Assembly: GCA_965153455.1 (NCBI GenBank)
Contig: OZ234494.1
Location: forward strand, 1,488,001 to 1,552,000
DNA from: Sphagnum compactum
Lineage: Eukaryota
Direction: 5' to 3'
DNA length: 64,000 nt
Part shown: piece after piece, positions 25,364 to 38,699 of the stretch
Numbering within the stretch: position 1 is the first letter of the stretch
Layout: each line of letters begins with the position of its first letter
The notes under the pieces: generated by a model
What the model saw: only the letters and a program-made list of their open reading frames with translations
Databases searched by the model: none
What the model was told of the DNA's origin: nothing
Program-made: the position numbers and the translations under genes

Positions 25364-26123
25364 GGGCATATTCACAATTAGGGTACCCAAAAGGATTTTC
25401 TAATGGAAAAAGGATTACAAAGGATTATTTTGGATTTTTATTACATTTACTATTTCATCATTGTATAGGGGATTGCTATATGATTATAACTAGGATGATG
25501 TCATGTTAATCTATTAAAAAATCTAAAAATATATCCGATACAATATAGATTTAATTTTTTTTAAAAATAATAATTTGGGTCTTTGTTTTAAGTATAATTT
25601 TCATTTTAAAGGAATCAAAAGGAATGTATTAAACAATGCAATTGACTTCAATTTTCTTTCATGTATAAGAATGCATACATTTATGTTTGGCAATGTTCAT
25701 ATAGTACATTTGATTAAATAATATATGATATAAGAATTTTGAAAGCTACATAATTGATTCTAAAAGGGCAATAAAGAAAATGATTTTTTTCCCCCATTTG
25801 GTTGATTTTTTGTATTCATTAGGTTTAGAATTTGCGGGCCTAAGTGTTAACAAAATGTGCAGGAAATTTTCATGCAAGAAAACATGTTAAGTTGTATATA
25901 AAAGCTTATGTACATATTTTTTGCATTTTTGGTTTTTTTACGAAATATTTATGTGTCATTACATACACATGTGAAAAATCATCACCACCATGAAAGTTAT
26001 CATAATTTGAATTATCCAATATCTTTCAATTAATTTTATTTAATTTTCATATTTGAAAGACAGTAAAAACAAAGTCCTTGAATGCTGTGGTCAAAAAGTG
26101 GTACCTTGATTTTGAATATGCCT
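25364..26123 (-). mobile_element. ~760-bp MITE copy 2, same family, inverted
   Basis: Reverse complement of copy 1 along its whole length. TIR GGGCATATTCACAATTAGGGTACC / GGTACCTTGATTTTGAATATGCCT; flanks ACAT / AGAT (4-bp TSD with one mismatch). Confidence 0.75.
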
Positions 26124-27689
26124 AGATCTTCATTTTTATAATTAAGTTGACAATTTAAACCCAAGACACTAAGATCAAATTGAAATATATGTGCATAGTA
26201 ATGAAGTTTCCAATCACAACAACCTTGCAAAATTTAGCCTTGTGACATTAAAAATGAGCCATTTTACCTTGCATCTACCTAGTGACATACACCATTAGTG
26301 ATCTTATGTGGCATGTGTGGAGTGACATAGGCCACCAATGGTATAAACGTCAATAACACCAATGTTAATGGCATATATTTTATTGATTGAATAGGCCTTA
26401 ATTAATGACATAGGTCTTTGAAAAAATGTGTTATATTTTACAAGGGCTAGCATATATAAACCATGATTGAATGAGGAGAGGGAGGGGGAGGAGGAGGTAG
26501 TTCAAAGTAAAGGGGCCAGGAAAAATTAGCATGATTACACCTTATTCCAAAGATGCATGTAAGGGGCACATCACATCAATGTAGTTTGAGTCATTAGGAA
26601 AAGACATTATTAGGATTTAATGTGAGTGAAAATTTAGTGATAGCAAGTGGGGTGACACGTGCTGGCCTTGTAATGGCACTTGCAATAGTTGCATTTACTC
26701 CATAGCCTAATGACATTTTACAAATTATAGTTTAGTGGTATTATTTTATAGTGAAATGGATCAAAAGACTACTATACATTTGCTTAAGAAACACATGTTC
26801 GACACATGCTTGAGTGAAATAGGCTAGGTGTGATTGCAAGTTGAGAAGCAAGCCACAAATAATGATTTTGAGTGATATTATTTGAGTGAAAATATAATGA
26901 TTTCAACACATGGATGACATAAGTCATTACCATGTATTTGAATGTGTCATATATATAGGCCAATATTTGTGATTGGTAGCTTGTATTTTGGTCTATCTAT
27001 GGTAGGTAACCAACCTAGAAAAAAAAGAAAATCAAAAGTGTAATCCAAAACCAAACAAGTCACAATGTTAAATTATGCACTAGGCTATGTGGGATAGCAT
27101 GGAAGCGAAGGTTAGTGGCTTGACAACGAACATAAATGAGATCAAAAAATTATTCCTTCAAACTAAGGGAGGTACATCATGGTCTTAGTTTAAGAAACAA
27201 GATGGTCAAAATGACCATGACTTAATGATACATAAGCCAATTTATAATATGACATGAGTGACATAATGCTTGGTGATTAAGGTAGATTGTCACCTTAGTG
27301 AAGGTAGTGTATGGACCATCTGGTTATGTGAATGATCACACTTGAGTGAAAAAACAATAAAATGACATGTGCCAAAATGACCAATCTTGTTCATGGAGAT
27401 TAATGAACACATGTTTGTGCCATATATTGTAAGCACACCCTCAAGTAAGCTACACATGGTTATCCAAGGTTAGTAGGTGACATTGGACATAGGGCACACT
27501 CCATATCATACTTGGCATGCATATGCCCACACATGTACTTGGGATGGGTGGGTTGTGTTTTAGTTCCATCCATTGGCAAGTTGCAAGTTAATGGTGTACA
27601 TAGAAACAAAATAAATAAGTTTAGTCTCTTACAATTCCCTTAAAAAATTGCATAATCAATGATGAACGTTCACTTTAGTGGAAGCTTCC

Positions 27690-28080
27690 ATTTAGGTACT
27701 CAAGAAGGGGGCATTGCCATAATTGCCTTCCACTTGTGTCAATGTATGGTGGAATGAAACAAGTCCAATTCCACCTAAACAATAATCAAGAAGGTGGCAT
27801 GGTCACAATTGCCTTCCACCTGCGTCAATGTATGGTGGAATGGAACAAATCCCATTCCACTTAGGTAGTCAAAAGGGTGGCATTGTCATATTCCCTTCCC
27901 TTACAACCATTGTACAATGGAATGACATGAGTCCCATTCCAGTTAAGTAGTCAAGAAAATGGCATTGTCACGCTCCCTTTCACTACAATGAATGTATGAT
28001 GGAATGACATGAGTCCCATTCCAATGAATTCAATTTGAGTGGAAGTGTGTAGTAGCCAAGGACCTGGTTTTCTAGTAGTG
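27690..28080 (+). mobile_element. CACTA right terminus with subterminal ~83-bp tandem repeats (x4)
   Basis: Ends in GGTTTTCTAGTAGTG (reverse complement CACTACTAGAAAACC). Preceded by four units of TAGGTAGTCAAGAAG..GGCATTGTCA..TGGAATG..CCCATTCCA at ~27693, 27776, 27862 and 27944. Confidence 0.55.
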
Positions 28081-29519
28081 CTTGATTTTCAATTAGTGTG
28101 TCTTTATGTCTTTTATGGTCTTGCCCTTTGAATTTTTAAAGAATATCAAGGAGAGGTTGAAAGTTGTGTGAATTAGTGTCTCAATTTTTGGTGGTTGAGC
28201 TTATCAAATGCATAAAAACTAAATATTTTAAGGGGTTTTAAGTTGAAAGAATTGCAAAGTAAGAGGCTATGGTGTCCTAATTTGATTGATGTATCTTATG
28301 TTATTTTTTGGGACCTTGAAGTTCAATGAATGTTTTTTTAAAAAAAGAAACATGTGAGCGAATGTTATGTAAATTGGTGGGTTTGTTTCGGCATTGTGTA
28401 AATTTAAGTTTTTAAAAACTTCAAAGTGGGAGGTTGAAGTTGAAAGAATTACAAAGTCAAAGTTTGGTGTTGGGACTTTTGAGTGTTTATTTCACGTTTT
28501 GGTTATGCTTGTTTATGCTTGGGAGGCCAAGGAAAAGAGAGAGCTAGCCCCAATCTAAGAGTGCACACTACCCCAACCTTTTGTGTGAATTTGCCATCAT
28601 TTTATTTCAATGTGATAGTGGATGGGTGCATGCAACACACAAATAGCTTCTACTTTTGATCTTTGTGTGTCTTCATCATCCAAGAGTGGTTTGCAATGAT
28701 TATCATTGTGATTACTTAATCATCGATTTTGTAATAGCTCATATGATTAGAGTTTAAAACATTTTTCTATATTGAGTGAGACAATTTTGCACCCCTTCTT
28801 GTCCTAGATTTTTGCACAATGTTTGTAATGACAATTTCGTATTCACATTGTTTTTGAATGTGTTCTTGCATGCATTGGTGATGTAAAATTTGATTATGCT
28901 TGTCATGCACATGTGTGGATCCACATCCGCAAGGCATATTATATTTGCAAGAATGTTATGCATGCCCAGACGTCAAGAGAAAACCAGTCTAGGTCCATGC
29001 CCGCATGGCCTAACTTTACTTTAAAAAATAATTAACAAGCCTGGGCCTGTTGAGGTTTACAAATTACAATTTTCTTTGAGGCCCTGTCCAGAGGGTATCT
29101 CTGAAAGCACATACCCACCCAACACTGGTTTGTGCCAGTGTTGTCCGCTTGCAGCGTGCAGGTACTGAGGAAAACTTATGATTCTAGTTCCTTAAAAATT
29201 CGCAATTCGATGTATCCTTCCAGGAGGTTCTGAAGGGTGCAAGGGTCACATACTAAGCACTGGTGGCGTTGCTCTAAGAAGTTCTTCAATTCTAAAACTT
29301 CTCATACTAAAGCTCTGGGTCCAAACGTCCAAACTCCAAATCTGGTATGGTTTTGAAATTGGGTCCAGTTCCACGTATCTCTCAGATAGGAGATCGTACT
29401 AGTGTTTGTAAAAATTAGAAGTGGCCACCTGACTAAAAGGGTCAACCTGCCTGCCACAATAAACATTACAAGTAATGTGCCAAAACTCTGTTTGTTAATA
29501 TGAGGAGCGAGCAGTGTTG

Positions 29520-29790
29520 TTTTTGGGAATATTTGTTTGTAGCCAAAGTGGCGATCATCCATAGGAAGAGGTAGAAAAAGTGGCTATCATCTTTGCAAAA
29601 TTTAGCCAAATCTGGCTATAAACCAGATATGAAGTACAAATATTTAATCATATATTTTTGACTACACCACTGAAAATCAAATATGTAATTTGACAGTTTT
29701 TATTAAAATTTTCTTCAATTTTGATGATTGAAAACCTCAGAATTCACATTGTTTTTGAATTTTATAATTAATAATTTCTCTTTTTAGCCA
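29520..29790. repeat. Dispersed short repeat (probable MITE family); relatives at ~58500-58790 and ~59670-59745
   Basis: TAGCCAAAGTGGCGATCATCCATA..TTTAGCCA(A/G)AT(C/T)TGGC is shared between ~29540 and ~58524; a degenerate copy lies at ~59690. Confidence 0.65.
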
Positions 29791-31951
29791 AAAAAACGCT
29801 GATGAGGAAGAGTAAAATCAGAGAATGATGTGTAAAACATAAAAACTTCAAATTCTTGTTGCATGTTGGTTGCATGCAACATGTAAGTTCTAGTTCATGA
29901 AGGCAACTCAACAATTCAAGGCACATATTTGAATGATCTCATAGGACGCAATATTTTTCTTTGCACCTGGGGACAAGCCTATGATGTTATTATAACATTT
30001 AAGTACCAGTTTACTGAAGTTAATAACGGCTCAAAACAATTCAAAACTCCCATTCTAACAATCTGATTACCAATATGTGCTTCTTTGTCATCCCTACACA
30101 CAAGTCTGTTCCATAAACCCTGGTATGTTTGTGTACATTTTCTAGTTCCAGTTCCCACAGTTGGCTCCTTCCAAGGTTTGTTTCTAATGACATTCATAGA
30201 ACGTGGCACCGTCAGGTTCCTGCAACCAGACTGGGAATCACCAGGATCAGCTGGAACAAACAAAAGATTTTTGCATTGGCGTGTACTTCTTTTGTACCTC
30301 CAACAATGGATCCAAGAAAATCCAACCTTTCCATTACCATCAGGCACTGTTTGATGCAGTCCTAAAAACTCTTTATGAAATAGCTGTCCAGGGTTGTTCA
30401 GTTTGTGATCCTGCACAGTAAAATTGGATGAAGACAAGTCAGAACATGCCAATTTGGCTCACGAAAATGGTTTTGGCTCAGCATAAGTGCAAATTTTGCA
30501 GTGGATGGTAAAAGGCACAGCACCGCTACGCACCTGCAGAAAGGAGTGTAATAATATGATCTGACTGCTGCTCAGTATTTCTCATTGGCCTATCATAATG
30601 ATTGGTCCAGGTGGTTTGCTATTAGTAATCCCCCGCCTATTTGTTGCTGTCCCAGTTTCAGTTTAATGGATGGGGTTGCAAAAAAGTATATAACTAAACT
30701 TGGATGCGAAAAATATTTTTGGAGGCTCACATAGTGAGCACAGCTGGAGATGCTCTTATGTAGGGCAAATGGGTTGTGCTGCTGTACTTGGCCTAGTTGA
30801 GTGATGGGTAGGCGGGGTCAAGCCGATTCCACAACGTCAACAACATCATCTTTGTTTTTCCATTTTTTTCGAGATCCCAAATTCTGCCATGCATCAATAA
30901 ACACACTGACAGTATCCTCTGTGTCCGAGGCTGCAGTCAAGTGTGCAAACAACATACGAACTAATGCCCGCAAGGAGACGAATAATAAGTACCCTTAGCT
31001 TATAATTATAATGGGGATATTTGTCCAGGTTGAAAATGGTAACTACACACGAGAATAGCTCCTACTACGGGGTATACAAACATTTCCTATGTCTTTAATT
31101 TATTTTATTTTTAAAAAGGGAGAATATGGGGGCTCTAAAACTGACTGTTATTACAAAGAATAATCTTCTGCCACCCAAGGCAACTTTCAGTGTCTTAATA
31201 ACATGCCACTCAACCAGTGATTTTTTTCCCCAAAAAATTGACTTGAAAAAAAAACCCAAAACATTTGGAAAATTGTGTTTCCCTAGTGTAAAATTTAATC
31301 AGTTTTGCTATTTTTTTGAGAAACAGTGGCCAATTTTTTTATATTTCAAAATTGGAAATATAATTTTACCCAAGGCAATTTCCGGTATTTTAATTTTACA
31401 AAGTAGAAATGGGAGAATTAGGCAATTGGACAATGCGAGGGGCGAGAGGGGTGGGGTGCGGGATGGTATCTAAAGCTGTACGTAGGCTAGTTGATGTTGC
31501 GTAGAGCCGAGCTTGTACGCACGACGTTTGGGGTTCGGACTTGCGTGTGGTGGAATTGAGTGCGGTTGAATGTGCAAGAGATTGGATTACGCAGATTGCG
31601 TTTTGCAGTACCTAGTCCGTTAGTGGGTCGCTGTGGTAGTGGTGTTTTTTCCTTAGCTCAAGTGCAGTTGAAGAAGGAATGTTTTTTTCTCGTCTGGTTG
31701 GTCCGTGCGTGTGATCACGCAGGTGATGCAGGTTTCCACAACAGCTGAATGTAGCTTCGTTGATACTCCAGGAGTAGATAGTACCAGTTATCTAGACTGA
31801 GCTGCTCCGGTAAGGAGATTCTCCTTGGAGTTTGAGCTGCAGCATCTTTCTGAATCAGACAGCAGCTACTCGTTCTTGTTGTTGCAGGAGCTGCAGTGGA
31901 GCTGAGAGAGATTTGGAACTTTACCTAGCTTTAGCTACAACCGACGTAGCT

Positions 31952-33740
31952 ATGCAGATGCTTCTGCAACGCCTTGTTCCGCCGTCGTCTAAAGGGCGGC
32001 GTATTCTCAAAGTCCTGGATAACATGAAGATCACTGTCATGTGTGGCCTCATGACTGTTCTAGTGATGCGCGGAACAATCGGAACTGGCACTTTCGGAAC
32101 GTCCCTGGCTGCACAGGAGGAAACCGAATCAGCTGACCATCATCATCACATACGAATTCTCAACCAGCTGGAGGACGAAGAGAATTTGACAACCCCTTGG
32201 GATGGCTTGGGCCCGGTAATCTCTGACTGGGATGCGCAACGCAGGCAGTACTGGAAGCTTAACCAGAATTCTAATGTCAGCGGCGCGCCCGCGGGCACAG
32301 TATCCGAATTACTAGAGTTGCAGCCTCCGAAGCTGCAGCTTGTCACAGCAGCTAGGTCGGGGCGCACACAAGGCGCTGACTGCGTGACTCCGGTCGCGGA
32401 TCACTACCTCTTGAAATTCTTTAAGAACAAAATAGATTACTGCCGCTTGCATAACATAGGATTCTTCTACAACACGGCAGATCTGGACCGACACTTGACA
32501 GGGTTTTGGACCAAGCTCCCGTTGCTGCGCAACATGATGCTGGCGCACCCGGAGGTGGAGTGGTTATGGTGGATGGACACCGATGCCGTGATCACGGACA
32601 TGTCGTTCGAGCTTCCACTGGAGAAGTACCAGAATTACAGTCTGGTAGTGCAAGGCTTCCCTGAAGCCGTCTACAGGAACAAGAGCTGGACGGGTCTCAA
32701 CACTGGAAGCTTTCTCATCCGCAATTGTCAGTGGTCTCTGGACCTGCTGGACGCGTGGGCGCCCATGGGACCCAAAGGCAGCACTAGAGAAAAAGCAGGT
32801 AATGGGTGTTCAGCTCGAGCTACAGTTCTTAAGCGTCTCTTGCACTAAAGAGCATCTGAGTCCACCAGCGCTCAATATGTGATCTGGCACTGGAAATCTT
32901 GGATGAGTTAGAGCAGTCAACAAATCCGGTGGATTCACTGGTGGTAGAAGACTGCTGAGGCTTCACCTGAAAAAATGCACAGCTTTCAAAAGCCTTGGAG
33001 GAACCCTAGAAGAGTCTAATAAACACAATAAAAATCAAATCGCATTTATTGACTGCTCCCTGTTTCTGATTGGCTAGATAGATAGATTGGTCCAGGTGGT
33101 TTGCTATTAGTAGTCTCCCACCTATTTGCAGTTCCAGTTTCAATTTTATGGGTGGGGCTCGAAAGAAAGTAAGTAACTAAAACTTGGATGTGAGAAATAT
33201 TCTTGCAGGGTCACGTCACAATGAAATTTCCGTTTTCAAGAACTGTGTATATCTAGAGTTCCGTCTGTTTGTTTCTGGATCTGGAAGCTGGATGTGTGAC
33301 TTGGGAGATACTCTTGTGCAGGTGAGATGTTGACACAGTCTCTGGTAGGAAGGCCTGCGAGTTTGGAAGCTGACGACCAGTCTGCATTGGTGTACTTGTT
33401 GATCACACAAACGGCGAAATGGGCCGACAGAGTTTATCTGGAAAGCACATACTTCTTGCATGGGTACTGGGTAGAATTGGTAGAGAAATACGAGAAGATG
33501 ATGGAGAATTTCCATCCGGGCTTAGGTGACGAGCGGTGGCCTTTGGTGACGCACTTCACGGGATGCAAGCCGTGTGCACAGTTCTCCGATTTCCCTGTGG
33601 AGCGATGTTTGAAGCAAATGGAGAGGGCTTTCAACTTTGCGAATAACCAAATTCTTCACATGTATGGCTACCAACACAACTCCCTAGAAAAAGGGGCTGT
33701 CAAACCCAAAAGTGACACTACTGCTACAACAACAACTTAA
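31952..33740 (+). CDS. XXT: Glycosyltransferase family 34, xyloglucan 6-xylosyltransferase-like (421 aa)
   Basis: Exons 31952-32798 and 33322-33740 (phase-1 GT-AG intron). N-terminal TM KITVMCGLMTVLVMRGTIG; KNKIDYCRLH; FWTKLPLLR; WWMDTDA (DxD); GLNTGSFLIRNCQWSLDLLDAWAPMGP; EADDQSALVYLL; HFTGCKPC; MERAFNFANNQ. Confidence 0.92.
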
Positions 33741-33974
33741 AGAGTCCGCTGTGAAACTCCCCTGAGAAGTGGCTTAACTTTATGCTAATTTGCACTTGGT
33801 AGCTCTGGAGAGGAGAAGGATTCTTAGGGTTTGATCAGCTGTGAGTCTTTTCATGGATTCAATTCTTTGGCGGCAGACTCTGGAATGATAACCCCAGATT
33901 TCGACCACTGATTCACAAACTCTACCTTCAGACCCTTACAGGTTCTTCTCCAATTCTCGATTTTGCAACAGAAA

Positions 33975-34470
33975 GCAAATTTAGGGTGTGTTTCTTGGCT
34001 CTTTACTTAAGAAAAAGGATGTGATGGGGATACAAACTTAAAGCATGTTTCTTAGCTCTGAAGAAAATGAATGTGAATGGAATGCAAACTTAAGACGTAT
34101 TTCCTAACTCTTAACTTAAGAAAGAAGATGCGAATAACATGTAAATTTAGGGCATGTTTCCTAAGGCTTAATTTAAGAAAAAAGATACAATTCAAATGCA
34201 AATTTAGGGCATGTTTTCTAACTTTTAATTTAAGAAATAAATAAATAAATAAATAAAATGCAAATTTAAGGCATGTTTCATAACTCTTAACTTAAGAAAA
34301 AAGATGCAAATGAAATGCAAATTTAGGGCATGTTTCTTAACTATTAACTTAAGAAAAAATAAAATGAATGAAATGCAAATTTAAGGTGTGTTTCTTAACT
34401 CTTAATTTAAGAGGAAAAAAAAGAATGAAATGCAAATTTAAGACATGTTTCCTAACTCTTAACTTACAAA
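33975..34470. repeat. Minisatellite, ~58-60-bp unit x~8
   Basis: Consensus ATGCAAATTTAGGGCATGTTTCTTAACTCTTAACTTAAGAAAAAGATG..GAA repeated head to tail downstream of XXT. Confidence 0.9.
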
Positions 34471-37400
34471 GGATATGAGGGTTCATCTTCCACGCCTGCT
34501 TAAATCTTACATAAGAATTGCAGGATGCAAATTGAGGGCCTGGGTAACAACATTCCCTGTTGAACTCTAGTTATTGTAGTTGCATACTCTTTTAGCTGGT
34601 GTACTTTAGATTCTAACAAAATCTTCTCCAAAATTGTGTCCCTATGAATAAGTCAGTGATGGTAATAAACAGGATAGACAATTTACTACTTGTATGTGTC
34701 TTTCTTCTCTGTCAATGTACTATGTTTGCTACCTTATTTCATGCATGTCGTAGTATTTTGCCCATTGCATACTTCAACTCTAAAAAGTGTAAGGTAAAGC
34801 CTCTGGGTGAGGGCATTCCCAAAATAATGCCTTACACCTGGGGCTTTGCCTATGGCAATAAGCTGAGTCCAACCCATGATTTTGGAATGTCCCCCACCCA
34901 TGGACTTTAGCCATTGTAAAGCACGAGGAGAATGTTACATCCCTCCTCTTTTTTAGGAGTTATACATGGATATATGGTGCCCTCCAAATACACTATGAAA
35001 TTTCTCCAATTGTTTCAAGAGAAAGAGAGAGAAACCCAAGCAGGTAGTGGGAAACAGAACCCCTTTTACTGCGCAAAGCTCAAGAAATAGAGGATGTTGC
35101 ATATGAGAGTTTTTTGAAACCTTGCATATTCAGGTCCAAGAAACCTTGCATGTTTTGGTACACACTCTTTGGGGTAAGAGGCATAACTTTTTCAAATTTT
35201 CAGGGCACCTTGTTTGTGACAAGACATCATCATGGCAATGAACAATCACATGTCCGCAGTCAGAATTCTTTCAGAATTATGTGTTTTCTGGGGGTCAGAT
35301 AATATCCTATAATCAGTACCCCCATGTTCCCCTGATTTCAAATGTCGCCCCAAGTTCACAGATTGCTACTTGAATTATCCTCATATTTCAACAGCAAACT
35401 GCAGACAGGAAAGTTTCAGCTCGTACATGCTACTGCAGTTTTGTTTCAGACCTTTGTCTTATCAAAAATTTGCCACAGCAGAATGAAGAAAACAAGTTGA
35501 GCAAACAAACATAAGTGATCCACCTTTCGTCACACCCTGTGGTCACTGTCCAACTGTGGGTGAATTTCTTGCAAACGTGTGATTATTATATGTTTGGTAA
35601 CCTCCATTGGTTGGCCCGTCCCCTGACAGAACAGATAATATGAGGGAAGGGTCCTCCCAATGGATGATACTTAATACATTTCAACAACTCTATGAGCTGT
35701 TGAAATGAATGTAAAGACCTTGACATGCGGGTGCATTTCAGCCATGAAATGTCTCTGTGTGAGGCTCCCATGCATGTGGGCTTTCCCACATGGCAGGCTT
35801 TCCTGCATGACATAGCAGCCTCTATTGGGTAACACCCTTGGGGGGAACCACAGGAGCAGAGAGGGGAAACAATCCCTTTTACTGATCAGAATTCAAGAAG
35901 TACAAGGAGGAAAAATTGCCAACATATGGTCCCATAGCGGGGCTATCCTAAAAGGGTAAAGACCTCGGAGTGGGGCAGAAATGGTGGCCCAAGGTCCATG
36001 GTGTAAATGCCCTACTCTCAAGGCATAAAAGAGGATAGCAGGCATGTCCATGGTACCTCCAGTAATAGATAAGACCGACCATCAAAAGCTAGTTGGAACT
36101 ACGCCAGCGGTGCTGACTCAGTGGAGTGGTATAGCCCCTTTCTGGGACTGTGGGACCTCAAAAGAGGTTCTGCCCACTGGTGTGCAGGTGAAAGTCCTGC
36201 CAGCCCCCTGCACTTAGCTTGACTTGGAAGTTAGTTTGGTTTTTGTAGGTCAGAAATGATCCCATGCATTGGAATTCTTAACATTGTTTTGCTGTAAAAA
36301 GTAGAGGTAGTATCTCAACAAGATTGCAGGTCTTTTGTGTAAGAGTGAGGACTAGGGATTCAACCTGTTGTCTCTTCAACAATACCTAGTTTGGTTTCTG
36401 ACCCATTCATTTGGCAACATACAGCTAAATTGCATGGGATAGGACATGAACTACAGCTTGGCTCAACCCTCATTATATATCAGCTTGCAAGAAGTTTGTC
36501 ATTAGGTAATAGTGTTGGTTTTGTAAAGTATTTTGCTTCAACAATACACATCAGCATAATGCCTCATCATGTATGCTAAACAGTTTAGCATGTCACCATG
36601 GTCATTTGGTCAACAAATGCCCCAAATGTACAAATGTACAAAGCTGAGAAATTTTTTGCCCCGCAATTGCCCTAAAGAATAAAAGCCCAACATGAACAGG
36701 TTTGTGAATGAACAATGCTGATTCTGAAAGGCAAGCATGTTTTATGTAGCCTTTCAAGTTTTGGGGTGGCTTTTTATCCTTCAACACTGATTGTAGGCTG
36801 TAGATGTCAACATTTCTCTGGATTCAACACTCAATGATGAGTGAATTGAAGCCCATCAGGTGGGCAGCATGCACTCACCTTCTTCCAAACAAAAGGGAGG
36901 AGTTATTTGTTTTGTAGCTGCAAAAGTACAGAATTATTCAACCGCTTCTTTGGACAAGAACACCAGCCCTCTTGGCAGACCGTGAAATTGTGGGCCCAGG
37001 AGGATTCTTCAGGATCTAGGCAATTATTCAAGATGTACACTCTTACAGCTTCAAGCTGGTTCATATAACATGTAACAAAAATTTGTGACTTCTTCTTAAC
37101 ATAGTTAAAAGTGAGAGTAAACTCCATTGGCACAAATTACGAGCTTTAGGGAGTTAAAAGTGGTTCATTAAGCACATGGAGAAATCTCCCCAAGTGTGTT
37201 TGGACCCACCTTCTATCCCCAAATATCCCTCCTAGAAAGGAATTCTAGGAGAAGTGATCTTACACCAACTCCTTAAGGATATGTGCAAGATCTCCCCCTC
37301 CTACTCCATGTGATTCCATGATAACATCAGCCTCATGCTTTACAATGGGTAAAGCCAGCCCACAGGTGGGGACATTTGCAAAATACATGGCCAGACTTGG

Positions 37401-37801
37401 CTATGGCCTCATCCTATCACCCCTTAATTTGGGGAATGCCCCCCACCCTCCCTAAAAGAAAAAGAAGGGGGTCTGTCTATTGGGTGCATGCTGCAGTTCC
37501 TCATTGGCTGAGCAGGACTTTTATTCCCAACTGTGCTCATCACCTATTTTGGGCCTAGCATGATGGCAAGGGCATGAATTGTGGGGACATCATAGTTTGC
37601 CAGATATGTAAGGAATCCTGACAAGAACCAAAGGTTGGAAATTTTTGTTTTCAGAACAAACCTAGGTCCAAATCTAAATCGCTGAACAAAATTACTGCCA
37701 GTACCTTCTTATAAAGCAAACCAAAATTCAATCCAGCTGCCGCACAATTCTCCCCAAAGCAACTCATATCATCAATTCATCCTGGTCTCAAGCATAGAAT
37801 C

Positions 37802-38690
37802 GAAAGCAGAACTGACATTCTAATGCACAGGACATGATATTCAAAACTGCTTCAATTACAGACCTCCTAGTAAGCACTCCAAACCCACATAACAATTGTC
37901 ATAGTTCTTCTTCCCCAAGGACAACATCCACTTGATTTCTGCATTGCAATCCTAAGCCTTCAACTGAGGATGCTGGTTGGAGTCCAATTGATTCTGATGC
38001 TGGTTGGAGTCTGATTGATCCAGATGCTGATTGTTGGAGTCTGATTGATCCAGATGCTGGTTATTGGAGTCCAATTGATCCAGATGCTGATAGTTGGAGT
38101 CTGATTGAACTGTATGCTCGTTTTGGAGTACAAGTGATTTGGATAGTTTGATATGGATAGATGATATTGCAAGAAACTTGGGACTACAGTTTAGGTTCTA
38201 AAATGTCTGAACTCCCGAATCCAAAAATCCAACAGAACTGAAAGCAGAAGTGACATTCTAGGGCAGAAGAGGACATGATCTTCAAAACTGCATCAATTAC
38301 AGACCTGCTTCAGTAAGTGCTCAAAACCCGCAAAAAAATATCATAGTGAGCTCCTTCCCCAGGGACACCGTCCATTTGATTTCTGCAAACCTAAGCCTTC
38401 AACCAAGAGGATACTGGTCAGAGTCCACTTGATCTGGATGCTGGTTTGAGCCTGATTGATCTGGATGCTGGTCAGAGTCCAATTGATCCAAATGCTGGCT
38501 GGAGTCCAATTGATCTGGATGCCAGTTGGAGTCTGACTGATCCAGATGTTGATTGGAGTCTGATCCATTCTGATGCTGGTTTTGGAGTCTGATTGATTTG
38601 GATAGTTGGATACGGATAGATGATATCACAAGAAAACTTGGGACTACAGTTTAGGTTCTAGAATGTCTGAATTCCTGAACCCAAAAATCC
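37802..38690. repeat. ~440-450-bp tandem duplication, each unit holding a 27-30-bp minisatellite
   Basis: Units 37802-38230 and 38240-38690 start GAAAGCAGAA(C/G)TGACATTCTA and end AACTTGGGACTACAGTTTAGGTTCTA..CCAAAAATCC; internal GATCCAGATGCTGGTTGGAGTC(C/T)(A/G)ATT repeats. Confidence 0.9.
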
Positions 38691-38699
38691 TTCAACTAC

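Noticed and set aside
22824-26123. One large element with 750-bp TIRs, or a composite transposon carrying 1.8 kb of cargo
   Set aside because: Each arm has its own TIRs and 4-bp TSD, and the spacer continues the Sola2 transposase across copy 1, so these are two independent insertions.
29979-30452. 157-aa minus-strand ORF with exon-like borders
   Set aside because: No recognisable domain in any frame and no partner exons found.
33975-34470. CRISPR-like array (also 27690-28030)
   Set aside because: Head-to-tail degenerate units without unique spacers, no cas genes, and a eukaryotic context.
38341-38629. Repeat-protein ORFs (QHPDQLDS.. / SIWINQTP..), also 37960-38172
   Set aside because: They are translations of a 27-30-bp minisatellite in the ATP10 3' region; unit lengths that are multiples of three keep frames open by chance.
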